A stretch of DNA of 64,000 nucleotides, taken from positions 124,001 to 188,000 of the forward strand of contig JAPEUI010000020.1 of the NCBI GenBank assembly GCA_026025075.1. Reading direction: 5' to 3'. Below, in pieces: positions 24,869 through 38,163 of the stretch (the first letter of the stretch is position 1; each line of letters opens with the position of its first letter). Under the pieces are notes generated by a model. That model ran no database searches and was not told where the DNA came from. It saw nothing but the letters and a program-made list of their open reading frames with translations. This stretch comes from Vezdaea acicularis (lineage: Eukaryota). The position numbers and the translations under genes are program-made.

Positions 24869-27800
24869 TCAACCAAAGTATGCTCGTACCGTTTGCTGTG
24901 TCTCCGGATTTAGTGATGCGAGTGCTTGTGCGGTGTCCACTTGGGAGACGGAGAGCAACTGTTTTGTGGCTGCCACAGTTTTGGTCGCTGTTTGACCATG
25001 GATGGTCTCCGCCTCTAAGGCCTGGGCGACAAATACAAAAACCTTAGCAACCTGTGACATGACGGCCGGGTTTTGCCTTGACTTCGTTAGCTATAAGATC
25101 AAGGCAGAGTATGGGTAATTGAAAACATACAAGTCAATCAGTTTCGCTAGGTAAAGATACGCGTAAGGCGCCGCTTCCTCGTCGTTGATTACGGGCAAAG
25201 TATCGACCCACCGATTCATAACATCTTGCATGTCCTTTTTCTCACTGTAGTGCAAGATTTTGGCTATGCTTGCGCAGGCATTCTCCGTGGCAAAGACATG
25301 GTCATTGATCCTTGCATCAGGTCGGGCACAGACTTCGAATAAGACTGGAATGCTTGCATGGACGAATTCTGACCAGGCTGGCCCTCCTTTGTGTGCCGCA
25401 ATACCAATACCATAGGCTGCGGCTTGTCTGTTGGCCGGAACATCATCCCTACAACCAGCGACAAGTGGTTGAATGATGTGAGATGAGTACCGCCATGATT
25501 GGCTGCCACAAAATTCTAGAACGTCGTCCATAATACATAACGCCCATTGCCGCTGAGTCGGGTCGTTACTGAGGATAAAAGCATCGTAAAAGTTCATCAA
25601 CCGTTCCCAGGGCGGTAAGAAGGAGACTCCGTGGTGCTTGAAGATGGTATGGAACGACTTGTTCATATCGGAGAGTAAAGTCTGATCATCCTCAATTGCA
25701 AGTAGGGTCTCCTCATCCTCTTCTTCACCGTCCTCTGTCTCGTTCTTATCCTCTAGGCGGCCCCTAACTCGTTCTTGATATTCTTCAAGCGCAGAGCTCG
25801 CCGACTGAATGAAGTGATTCATATGTGCTTCGGTCAGGCAATTTTGACCTAGAATCTCTACGGACTCGTAGAAGCATTGATACATCTCCGCCAGGGTGTC
25901 TACGGCTGGCTCTGCACTTAAAGATTCTAGGATCTTCTCTACAGTGGTCTGCCAAAGTAGCCTTAGGTTTGGTGATTGATCTCCGTGGGCTTTCTTGTAA
26001 GCGTTGAGAAGACTTGGAACACATTTCGCTGATGCGACCCGCACTGGATCATGGAAGAAGAAAGCAAGACCCGGAAGAGCGATCTTTTCCATGATCTGTA
26101 AGACATATGGTTCGAAGTCCCCCTCTAGTACCGAGGAATACACAACGATTAGCTCGATTGCCATGAACTTCTCATCCAAAGTTGCTGTCTTGATACCGAT
26201 GACTTTGCCCTTTAGTGGTACGAGCTCCCAGCCTTCTTCTTGTTCGACTTGAGCAACTTGATCTTCATCATCAAGAAGTTGGATGTCGGCTTTCGCGCTA
26301 GCCATGGCAATGAGTGGAGGCATAACCCCTGAAAGATAAGGGAGGAAATCTTTTCCCAAGACCCGGCACATCCGACCCCAGCAATGCATTAGGTATTGCG
26401 CTTGAGGATCGTCCTGGTCTGTAATATTTTCTTCGACAGCTTAGCAGGCTTCTCGTATTTGACGATCAAGAACTTACGTTGAACGTTTGCCAGAAGTTGT
26501 ACGAGGGTCAAAGCATCGCCACCAAGACGCTCCTTACCCACGGCCAAAGCTAACATCGTTAGCCCATTCAGATTCACACTGCTGCTCAAGAATGCTCACC
26601 TATCAATGTCGCACACTCCATAGCTTTCGCCCTCAGAAGGCGGAATTCTTTAGATTGCTCCTCTTTGAGCACATTGAACAGGAGAGGCATGAGAATATCA
26701 TAGTACTTGCCGAAAGCTTGCTCAGCAGAATCGGCAATTGTGGCAATAGTTGATAAAGCTTGTTCCTGTACGAATCGCTTTTCACTTCGTAGCAGCCGTA
26801 GGAGATGATCCAGTAGAGGTTCCAGGTAAGGCTCCAAGACAGACTTCTCCGCTTCTTCGCAGAAATTCACGAGAGCTGCTGCAGCATGCGACTGTACCCG
26901 TGGCTCAGGAGATTTGAGAACAGGAATGATGTTCGACAAGACAACATTGTGGTATTTTTCTTGCATGTACGGCGCGAAATCGGTGCTCATTTGACCCAAG
27001 GAGTTGCAACCAGCCCACCGAACTCGAGGATGCGGGTCTCTCAAGGCCGGAACAACTAGATCAAGGACTTTGTCTAATTCGCCCATCATAAGATCTCTGC
27101 ATCCTTCGGAGATAGCCGAAATGGCCATGAGGGCTGCGTGACGATCCCTCCACGCTGAAGAAGTCATCATCCGTGGAAGCCATTGGAAAGTTGGTGGTAG
27201 AACGGTGCTACCACCAAGCTTGTTGGCTAATCGATCCATACATTGCTCTCCAGCAACATGGTTATGGTCGCTCTCATCGATATCGAGCTATTCTCATGAT
27301 CAGTTTAGCCGTTCTTTTGTCGGTATTTGATTGAGCTCTCACATCTTCGGAGTCGTTCCATTCGGAACCATCTTCATCCTCCATTCCAATGTCAGTCATT
27401 AGGCTCAGACACTGGGTAACCATCTCTGCAGTATAGCTCGGGTCTTTTCGGCACATCTGAGGTGCATAGTCGGCGAAGGTTGCCATAAGCTCTAGCGCAT
27501 TTTGTCTAGTCTGGTCTCCAAGTTCTTTATCCTGGACCACTGAAATGCTAAACGTAACAAGGTTATGGAACAGACTGCGAAACATCTTCGGTGCAACCTC
27601 TGCGAGATCGATAAGTGCCATCAATGCTTTGGTCAATTGGTCAGAGTCTTGATCTTCCTTCATAGGCGGCAGGATATTTAAAACCTCTGGTATTAGAGAT
27701 TGATATCTGACCAAGGCCTTTTTCGAGATACTCCTAAAGAAGGCAGCGAAAGCCTCCATGGCGGCCAAACGCACGGTCGGGTCATCGTCCTTGAAGCCTT

Positions 27801-28519
27801 TGGTAAAAGCGGCTTTTACTGTTTCGTCATGCTGCTTTTCTATGATGCCTGGTGTTGCTGCGAAAATCCTAAATGCACCCTCTCTCTGGGAAGCGTCGGG
27901 AGACTGACTGGCGTTGAAAAGTGCCCCAAGTAGCTCGGGCCATTGCTCCCCTGGTATTCGACGTGTTAGCCTGACGGCTACTTGCTGGACCCTAAGACAA
28001 TATGCTTGTGCCCGAACTTACCCTCGTCTGTGTATTGTCGAGCAACTTCAGCGACAGCGTCTCCAATTTTGTGACGAACTTGTGACACTGACTCATGCCC
28101 AAGGCTTTCCAGCAACTTCTCCCTGATGGCAAGCTTTTGCAGTTGTTGAAGAGTCAAGAAAGTGTCCTTTGACTCGTTCTTCACAGGGTCCTTACGGGTC
28201 TTCGTTGCTATCCTGCGGAAAAGCACAGCGGAAAAGGATCGCATCTGGATAGCAAAAATTAAGCTTTCAGTACACACACTTTGTTCGTTTAAATATAGTA
28301 TATGCCAAGAAGGTACATCCTCTAGATAGAGCTTACCGTAGGCTCGACTGCACCAAGCATTTGCTCCACCAAGCCCATAAGAAGGACATCTGGTCGTTGA
28401 ACGACCCAGTCATTTTGGAGTTGTTCTTCAGCACGGCTCCGTACTGAGTTGTCACTAGAAGACAAAGCTTGCAGAAGCTGCCCGAGAGCATTGTTGATCT
28501 CGGGAGGAAGGACTGACAT
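24869..28519 (-). CDS. PSE1: Importin beta-3 / karyopherin (Pse1/Kap121/Sal3-like), multi-exon
   Basis: HEAT-repeat exons: [71 protein letters not shown]. Confidence 0.92.
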
Positions 28520-29094
28520 ATTGACCGGTTTTGTTGTGGAGAGAAATTCCTGTTCACGCGTTTTCTGTGAGTGCCGTTAAAGCGCGACGTCGACAGGCGA
28601 GCTTGAATAGTGTGAAGAAGGAGAATCTAGGCTGAATGAATCCTGTCCCTTTCCAAAAGCTGGGCGCATAGAGGCCAAAATGTTTTTCTACAACATTTTG
28701 ATGCCGGAGTGTAAGAAGTAGTGTGCAGAGGAGAGTAATGATACTGTTCTGCTGTGTTGGTTCTCACAAGGCGCGCGCGGAAGTTTATCTTGGTGGGGCG
28801 GCGTGTGCTGGTCTACATCCCGCGTCAGAACAAAAAATAAAGCGGATATCACATGATGACTAACGATACAATCAAAGGCTGCTCAGTACCCCTGAGAATA
28901 AAGATTTGCAACTTTCAAGACGGCTGGAGCTTCGGTTAGCCCTAGGCAAGTTCACGATTACTGGTCATGGGGGTAAGACAAACACCACTGAATTGTACCA
29001 TGTGGCTTTCAGAAAGATAACAAAAGGTGCGCACGCTATGAGAGGTCCCAAACGCCTAAATAACGTCTATGAACCCCTTCAAGATAAAACCACT

Positions 29095-31235
29095 TTATCT
29101 ATTGCTTGACCTGCTCATAGCAAAAACAGCGACAATCACAACTGCTAACGCGCCGATAGCACCAGGCAGAAGCAGGTCATTTGGCACTCCTGCGATAATC
29201 TGCTCCTCTGACTTCGTCTTCGACGCCACGCCCCTTCGGTCTTTCATTGGAGATTCTACTGGCTCACCATCATCTAACTCTTCCGATACTGGTCGTCTGC
29301 GCCCTTGAATGGATGACTCAGGAGGTGTCAGAGGTTTGGATAGCATCGGACGGGGGTCAACCGTTGCCTTCACAGGAGGCTGTCCTGGGTCGTGAACGAA
29401 GAGATCTACTTTCTCAAGATTACGCCGGCGAGCGAGCGTAATTGCGTCCAAGAGATCTCTATCAGTCGTGATTGAAACCACGTCGCCTTCATCGTCTATA
29501 TAGCTCAGGGCATACCCTGACTTCCCAAGTCGACCATCTTCGAATGAAGCCTCTCCACCAACAGCTTCCACTTCGCTCCCAAGCTTTGCCGTGACTAAGC
29601 TGATGAGCTCAGTAAGACCTGATGCTGGAGTGACTTGAAGCCTGTGGACACGACCGCTTGGGGCCTTGAATTTGAAAGGAAAGGGAGTATCCTCAGAATT
29701 TAATGTAGGCAGGATAGCAGAGTGTTGAGGGGAGTTGTCCCCATGGTGGGAAGCTGAATCTTGGGGCATTACACTAGACTCGAAGCGATTCTTTTCATCC
29801 CGGGGGAGATCGGGAGACATAACCGATCGATGCGGGGTGTGTGGCTGGTGGCTGTGACTACCGTCTCCTGACATCACAGACTCGGTATCGTTATCCAAAG
29901 AAAGCCAGAACTTATTCCATGCTGGACCTTCACTATCGCCAGTAGACATGGTGTTGATCTGTTCCAGAGTGGCGTAGGTCAATTTGAGAACATCAACCAT
30001 ACCCACGATCTCTCCAGTATCGTTCATGACTGGCAAATTAAGATAATGACCGTCTATGACATGTTAGCATCCATACTAGCTTAGTAGCCAACAGCAATGC
30101 CTACCGTGCATCTTCCGCAGAGCGGCCTGAATACTGAGATCCATTGGAGCAAAGTCAGGGTGTGGAGTCATCACACGAACAACACTGCAATTGGCCGGAT
30201 CAAGCCCAGGAGCTATAACTCGGAGTACAACATCTTTGCTGGTAAATATGCCGGTGATGGAGCCTTGATCTTGTACAAGCACGGCCGTTGTATGGTTCTC
30301 CTTCATCAAAGCTGCAGCTTCCTTCACAGTTGTTCTGACTGATGCCGTGGTCGGAGGGACGCCGTTAAGCACAGATTCGAGTGTTGGGCCCGACATCTTC
30401 TGCCTCAAAGCTTCCACGTACTGGATTATCTGTTGGGGCTGACTTGAGCCTAGCTCGGATTGCACTCCCTCCAGAGCATCGTAAAGCTTTCGTGACGAGC
30501 TATAAGCTCTCTCTAGCTTTTCCATTGCGTCGTAGAAGCACTTGGTTATGTCCAAGATCCCAGAAATATCCTGGTTCTCGTCCATGACTGGCAAATGCCG
30601 GAACCCTTTCCTTACCATGAGATCTAGAGCTTCTGTAGCACTTGTGTCTGTCATGGCACATAGAGGGTTCTTCGTCATGATTTCAGCGATGGTGACCTGG
30701 CTAGCCTTTAAGCCTTGACCGACTACACGAAAAGCAAGATCTTTGGCTGTAAAGATTCCAGAGATCCGATCGTCATCGTCGGTAACAAGAACGCAATCTT
30801 CACGCTTCGCAGCCATCAATTGGGCAGCCTCTGCTACGGTTGTGCTTGGCTTGATCTGGAGAGCTTGGCTAGGCTTGAGGGCAAGGACAGAGCCTGGCGG
30901 AGCTTTCCGAGTGTGTCGCGCGCGTGCTGTAGTATGTTTCTTTTTACTGAGGTCATTCTCGATCTTCCGACGGATGGCCTACGGGGTGGTCAGACCACTA
31001 TCTCCTTATCAAAGCAAGGAACTCGTGAAAAATGAGTTGTGCTGTTTGAACATACCTCATCTCTCTTTGACTGCTTTTGCCTACTTGCACTCACAGTCGA
31101 TCCGCCAGCGTCGCTAGGTGTTGCAGAGCCCCCTTCATGGTGTGGGCGAGGAATTGCAGAGGGGCTGTTTGTAAAGGGCGTTTGGCCCCTTCCTTGGGTA
31201 CGACCTGGCGTCCCTCTCAGAGTACCTGCAGACAT
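29095..31235 (-). CDS. CBS-pair and PB1 domain protein with C-terminal TM segment (Mug70-like)
   Basis: CBS motifs GIFTAKDL, FRHLPV, GIFTSKDV; PB1 FKFKAPSGRVHR...LSYIDDEGD; hydrophobic tail; two introns. Confidence 0.9.
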
Positions 31236-31524
31236 GGTAGAAGGGAGAGATAAGATGTAAGACGACAAGCTGTTCCAGGGATGTGGCTTGGAGGATTGAC
31301 TTAGGAGAGATATCAGATATCTCGAGGCAGACGACTTTGTTGTTGTCGGCTCGGACTTTCTCCGTTGCTAGGGAACTTCACTAGGGGCTAAGGCTGATGC
31401 AGAGCAGAAGTGAAACATCGCGCGAAGCTAGCACTATACTGAAACAATTAAGTATATACCTTTAATGATTTATGATCCTAAGACGAGCAGATTGAATCAA
31501 CATGCGTATTTGGTGTTGACATTC

Positions 31525-31553
31525 GTCATGTGACGTTTACGCCACTTAGGGCT
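31525..31553. promoter_or_regulatory. Cbf1-like GTCATGTGAC plus Tbf1-like TTAGGGCT upstream of RPS26
   Basis: gtcatgtgac (31525-31534) and ttagggct (31546-31553). Confidence 0.4.
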
Positions 31554-31749
31554 TGTCCATGATCTTCGCTTCGCGTATTCTCCGTGGGGCGACTAATATT
31601 CACGAATTGAAGTCCAACGCCAAAACGCCCGACTCGATACCTTATAGAGCTGCATATTCAGGACAGCAAGTATGTGATGCTTCCAAGTAGTGTATACTTA
31701 TTTTGCATGACCTTGCTCTAACCCTATATTTGCAATAGAATCATTAACG

Positions 31750-32360
31750 ATGGTCAAGAAGCGAGCGTCCAAGTACGAAGAATTCCTTACTTACAGCCCG
31801 TTGGGGTCTAGCTACGCTAACACCTACTATAGCGGACGCAACAAGAAGGGCCGGGGTCATGTAAAGCCAATCCGATGCTCAAATTGCTCAAGGTGCACAC
31901 CGAAAGACAAGGCAATCAAAAGATTTACCATCCGTAATATGGTTGAGTCTGCTGCAATCCGTAGGTACTTTCCACGATGTGCACAAGGATACCAGGCCAT
32001 TTCGGATAGATTTGAGGCATGATATCAAGAGATAATGAAAAGGGCTAATATTGAGGATATATAGGTGATATATCCGATGCCTCTGTTTTCCCTGAGTACG
32101 CCGTACCGAAGATGTACTTGAAGCTACAATACTGCGTCTCGTGCGCCATCCACGGCAAGATCGTTCGGTACGAACTCTTTCTCTATCTCGAGGAATATGG
32201 GCTGGCTTCTCCGACATGTATTGAAAGGGGTAACTGATGTTCCAATAGTGTTCGATCGCGAGAAGGTCGTCGAAACCGTGCTCCACCTCCACGAGTTCGC
32301 TACAACAAGGATGGCAAGAAGGTCAATCCACAACAAGCGGCCAAGGTAGCTCAGGCATAG
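31750..32360 (+). CDS. RPS26: 40S ribosomal protein S26 (eS26)
   Basis: [56 protein letters not shown]. Three coding introns and a 5'UTR intron 31670-31738. Confidence 0.97.
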
Positions 32361-32848
32361 AGTATGAAGAAAGTGGGGTGTAGCGGGTTCAGGGTGCACA
32401 GATGAGATTCTTGCTAGACCTTAGCCTAGTAAAATCCAAGCTTTTGTAAAGCGCCATAAGCTCAGTATCGGTATACGACCACACTTAGGGAACCATTTAC
32501 AACGTGTATTCGTTCAGATTTCAATATTGATTACTCTCCTAAATTTATTGGACAGGAGGTGTTAACGGGAATGCAAGTGGCATTTCTCGCCAAATTAAAA
32601 TTACTAGTCTTCCCCGGGTTCTTGCTTAACACCGTAACGTCGCCGCAACGGCGGGGCAGCCGAAAACCCCCCCGTTAAGCAGCGCGAGCGAGCATAGCTC
32701 AACCAACTTAGTCTAGAATGCATTTAAATTGATATGAGAGATAGAGTAGTATGTAGAGAACCACCTCCGCCAGTTTGGCGCATCCAGCTAGCTTATGTAA
32801 TGCCAAAGTTGCGATTTCTAGCCATTTCCTCCTATCCCCTTAATCTAC

Positions 32849-34771
32849 TCAAGATCTCCTTATACCACGAGTATTCATGCGAAAGGGGACTGCAAACGTG
32901 CGTTCTGGGCTGCTAGTACCCTCTTCTAATGACTTACGCACTGGCTCTTGCATTGGACTTGCGATTTGCGGCCTTGGTAAGAGGAGACTGCTCCATCCCC
33001 CTACTGGATGATCACCCCCTTCATCCCCTACATTATAAGTCAGCCACCATATGTCCAATGGACTCAGAACTCGGACATACCACTATCCGAGTCATGCACT
33101 ATCTCCTCCGAAAGCGTGGATACAACAGCTCTTTGCTTTGATCTTGAGATTTGCCCCTGAACCTGTTCCCCCCTTTTTCGTTGTTTACCCCTTTCTACTG
33201 CTTTGGCATGCTGTCTAGCAAGAGCACGGTCAATCTCGTCCCTATCCTACGTTATACCAACCTTATGAGGAGACGCTACAAGCCGAGTGCGTGATTTGAC
33301 CCATCCTTGCTTGATCCTGAGCCGTTTTTTCAATATAGATGCCTCATGATTCTTGATACTAGATTCAGCATCTGCCACTTGAGCTGTTTCAGCCAGCGCT
33401 TTCAGAATAGTCTTTAGACGTTCAGGAGAGCTTCCCGTGTCTATAAGCGTATGTCCTTGCGCTTCCAAACGTCGTAGCTGGGATACTGTCTTTGGTAGAT
33501 AGCTTAAGGGGTCCTCCTCCTCAGGGGAAGCTTCAGGGGTTTTAACCTTGTTTAACAACAGACGCCTATTGAAGGGCACTAAGCCGGCTTTACGCCATGC
33601 ACTACGTATATTAGAGAGTGTATACGCTGCCTTTCTAGCGCTGTATAACAGTGGTTCAAAGTCCTCCTTGTATAAAGCAATATTGCCAGCCCTAGAGAAG
33701 TCATCCACAGCTTTGCCATAGTAGTACTGTAAGGGACCAAAGAGGCCGACGTCTAATGGCTGTGTAAGATGCGTAGAATGAGCCGGAAGCTGTAATATAA
33801 GTATTCTATGATCCCATGCATACTCTAGAAACTTAAGGGTCACATGAGAATCATGGCCATCCAATATCAGACACCGCCATTGATCCGGATTGCTATATGA
33901 GTATTAGCTTTGAACTAGATATAATTTCATGAACTTACGCAGGTCTAGTAGACGTCTCAAAGTGTCTTTCAAGCCATTCTTGTGCCAGCTCATAGCTCGT
34001 CCATCCGTTAGGGGTACAAGCAAACCTGGTCCCCTTTTCCCCTATTCCAGGGATATACCTCCCTACCATATGATACTTGCCCTTCCAGACTATACATGCA
34101 GGAAGCATTTGTCCGGCGGCGGAAACAGCTTCTAAGACTGTTATAAACTCGCGGCTAGCGTCAGTTGTCAGCTTGACTGCCTTGGTACTCCGTCTGCATA
34201 TGACTTTAGCTTTTGATATATGACCCATTATGAACCCCTTTTCATCCATGTTCCATATATACTCAGGGGTCAGCTTATATTGGGCTATAAGGCGTTCATA
34301 TTGATCTAAATGATGCGTTAAAACTCGTCTATTGGACGCTGCTTTGCGTGCTCTATCAAGTTGATCAGGGTACTTGAGTTGTATATCAGGATGTCTCTTG
34401 AGGAATCTGTCTACCCAATTGACGCCTATGACCGCAGTAGGATGTGTATTCCGGCGTAGAATAGCTTGTGCTTTAGCCCTTATAAGGTCCTTGCGTGCCG
34501 GCACTCCTTTGTCTTCCATCTCTGTGCAATATTTGATTAGGTATGCCTCCTGAGCTGGGGTCAAGTTCTGCTTAGAGGCATGTGCTTCAGCATATGATTT
34601 GCGGCCCAGTATAGCACGGTCATACAGGGTACGGTAAGGTATGGCATACCGCTTAGCGGCTTGAGCAACGGATGTGTGGTTGCCCTGCTGTATAGCTTTT
34701 AATGCAGCTTGTATAAGGGCTTCTTGGTTAGGTGGGGAAGAGTCAGCCATTCCGCGTTTTGGGACACTCAT
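32849..34771 (-). mobile_element. pogo/Fot1-family DDE transposase gene (HTH-psq, CENP-B HTH, DDE_1), two introns, one in-frame TAG at 33247-33249
   Basis: AAKRYAIPYRTLYDR, WVDRFLKRHP, WNMDEKGF, NGWTS, LILDGHDSH, LPAHSTHLTQPLDVGLFGPL. Introns 33893-33938 and 33028-33080. Element ends not defined. Confidence 0.88.
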
Positions 34772-35033
34772 AATGCGTGGAAACTTGTGAACGAAATGGG
34801 GAAATCATTTATCTATGTACCCTACAGCTACACCGCAAGTTTAGGCGCCCGCATATGCACGCTCGTTGACTTGAATGGGGTCAATGGGGCGCTATCGCGG
34901 GGCCGGAAATCCCATTTTCGGCAGAAAAAGGCTAAGCGAGATGGCGGTGAATAGCGAGCAGGCGGTCAAGACGTCTACTCGAATCTATGCCCCACCATCC
35001 CACCTTTGCTCGAAAACCTCCATCCTTGCTTCA

Positions 35034-35990
35034 ATGACAATGACGAACCCGGACCTCCAAAAGATCCATGATGATCTCCTCGTCATTGCCGACCGGGCAG
35101 GCCAGATGATACTCGCCGCCCACCCAAGCACTTCTGCTAGCTCCACTAAGAATAATTGTGCGGTAGATCCCTAGAGCCCCCCCAATGCACTCTGCTCATA
35201 CTGACCAAGACTTATAGCCGCCGACCTTGTAACAGAGACAGACCAAGCCGTCGAACACATGGTCTCTACTACCCTCTCCGAAAAATATCCCACCTACCTC
35301 TTCCTCGGCGAAGAGACCTACAAGCCAGGCACACATCTCACGGCCGCGCCGACATTCATCTGTGACCCCATAGACGGGACCACAAACTTCGTACACGGCT
35401 ATCCTTATGTCTCGATATCACTAGGTTTCACAAACGACCTCGAACCGCTCGTAGGCGTAGTATACAACCCATTTACATCAACCCTATACAGCGCCATCAA
35501 AGGGCATGGCGCATTCAAGAACAAGACACAGAAACTCCCCCTGAGATCCCCGCCCCCGCCGCTGAAAGACCTGAGTGGTGCACTGGTCGCGGTAGAGTGG
35601 GGTTCCGACCGATCTAGCAGCAATTACGATGTTAAGATCAAGACCTTCCGCAAGTTAGCCGCGGACAAGAAGGAGGGCGGTGCTATGGTGCATAGTTTGA
35701 AGAGTCTGGGCTCGGCGGCGCTGAATCTGTGTTCGGTGGCGGAAGGGACGCTGGATATTTACTGGGAGGGGGGCTGTTGGGCGTGGGATGTGTGCGCGGG
35801 TATGTGCATACTTAAAGAGGCAGGTGGGAACGTGGTCGATGCGAATCCTGGGAACTGGACGGCGCTGGTCGAGCAGAGGAGGTATCTCGCTGTGAGAGGA
35901 TTACCGGTGGAAGGAGAGGACTCGGATTGGAGAGCGCTAGTAACGGAGTTCTGGGACTGTGTAGGGGGAAAGCTGGACTACGAAGTTTAA
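35034..35990 (+). CDS. Inositol monophosphatase family protein
   Basis: DLVTETD, LGEE, DPIDGTTNFVHG, SLGSAAL, WAWDVCAG. Intron 35158-35217. Confidence 0.93.
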
Positions 35991-36641
35991 GAGGTGTCGG
36001 TAACTTATATTGCGTTGAGATTTACCTGGGACATGGGAGAATTAGACTTTAGACAGCATAACTTAGAGAAAATTATTATGGCCAATTCTTCCGGCAACTT
36101 TTTTCCATCTGAAAATTTCTAGATCTTTGTGAAATCCCCGGTAATCCATGTTGTAAGCAGGATAGGGGTTCTACGACCACTCTCACGGTCTTGGCTGCGT
36201 AGAGATTAGGGCACCACAACGAGAACTATTGCAACCACCATATCTCTAACGTATAAGCTAAGTACCATACTCTATCCCCTCTCTAAGCACCTCTGGACGT
36301 CCTGCAAGCTTTGTGAATATGGGGGAATCTTAGTCTTCAAATTATTGGGCAGGGTGGGGCTCATTGCATCCACTCAGCCGGCAGCTAATATTGGGCTGAG
36401 GAGTGGATGCTCTTGTTTTCGATTGTATTCTCGTACTTTATTTCCTGACTCACTTGCTATAAGAGAGCATGGTGGGCCTAAGGGCCGAATAATGAGATTT
36501 TCTGTGCAAGGAGAAACTACCTAGGGGGACCCCTTCCCAATGCCATTCGAAGCCCCTCAGCACGCCGTCCCACGCCCATCCGGTCATCCAGTGCCACATC
36601 TTACTACATGCCATAATCTCAGTAACAACAGCAGCAGCAGC

Positions 36642-37493
36642 TCACTTCTTGGCCACCTTTCCCTTCTTCGGCCCCATGGCCGCCTCTCTCCGCTTCTTCT
36701 CCCTCTCGTCTAACTCCCTCCGCCGCTCTGCCTCCTTCTCATCCCGCTCCTCCTTCTCTGCCTTCTTCCGTGCCGCCTCCGCCTCCCGCTTCTCCTTGAT
36801 GATCGCCAGCCTTGCGAGATCGGCCCGCGCCTCGTCTGTCTTGCCCTCTGCGTGAAGTTTCTGGTAGCGTTCTTTGGCCTGCTGCGCCTGCAATGCCTCG
36901 CGCTCGCGGCGGGAGAGTTGTGAGGTCGGCGTATTGTTGTCCTTGGCTTTGGGCTCGGATGGGTCGATCGGCGCGGCGGCCGCTTGGGTGCGCGCCGACT
37001 TCGTGTGGTTCGGGTTTGCGGGCGTGTCGTCCTCTTCGTCGGACTCTTCTTCGTCGGAGTCAGAGGTTGGGGGGAGGTCACCTGGTGCCGCGGCCTTCCC
37101 GGCTTTGCGCGCGATGGCGGCCTCCTTTTTGGCTTTTGCTGCCTCGCGGCGCTGAGCGCGGGTCAGCTCACCGCCGTCTTTGGGTGCGGCGCCGTCGTCA
37201 GAGGATTCTTCTTCAGACTCTTCTTCTTCGGAAGTTTCGTCTTTCTCTTCGGTGGGTTCTCTGGGATCCTGTCTGAGTGTTAGTTGTGAGGTGGTGAATG
37301 GGAGAGTGCTAGGGTAACGAACGCTCCATAGCCCTTCAGGGTTACCGTCGGCGTCGAGAGGGCGAAGGTTCTTGCTGAACTTCTTACCTCCTGCTCCGGT
37401 CAGCTCTAACTGTAAAGTATACTCTCCGGCTTATTTACCTCCTCTCTGCGGCTTGCCGAACTTCCCACCACGACCACGTCCTCCAGGTGCCAT
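36642..37493 (-). CDS. 28 kDa heat- and acid-stable phosphoprotein (PP28/PDAP1 family)
   Basis: RGG N-terminus, acidic tracts, [13 protein letters not shown]...[25 protein letters not shown]; two introns. Confidence 0.9.
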
Positions 37494-38163
37494 GTTGAAA
37501 TGAGTTCTTAGTGTGGGTTGTAACTGATGAGGTTTGAGACGCAGTTAAATCCGAGGTCGTATAGAGAATAATTTTGTAGACCTGAGAGAAAGCAGAAAAC
37601 GAGCCACCTAAGTACTCGGTCAGGACACTGCGAGGACGGGCGTGTTGGGAGCACGATACAATCACCGCCTGTTGGTACCTTCGTTTCGAGTAAGTCCCGC
37701 GGGGCAACACTTCTGAGTTGTTCCCCGCCACGGAAGGAGCTGCTGAGTCATTTGAAATTTGACCAATCACATTCGAGCTGTCAAAGGTTCAGTTGTGCCC
37801 TTTCGCATTGCGAATTTCTCGGTTTCTTTCCTTATGAATACAAACACCCTTCATATTCACTCTGGCTTTTCCTTACAACCGTGGATAGTCTTGGAGGGGA
37901 AATTGGAGGGCAGAGCGATCCTTTGATTTACTTACCCCTCTGCCTTTGTGAAGGAGATTGAGGCCGGGGAAAATAGTTCACTGGGACAGCTTACAAGGAG
38001 TTCACGACGAACTAGGACTTCACGGTTCCTACACTGCATACACCGACATGCTTTGAAGACCGGGGTCAAATCTGTATGCACAAGTATCACCAATTCTCTC
38101 GAAGCAGCCATCGCCGTCAACAAATCAGCGGAGGCCGACGCGTTCAAGCTCTAGTATCTGACT

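Noticed and set aside
32472..32500. TATACGACCAC resembling the 5' end of fungal 5S rRNA
   Set aside because: The similarity does not continue beyond about 10 nt.
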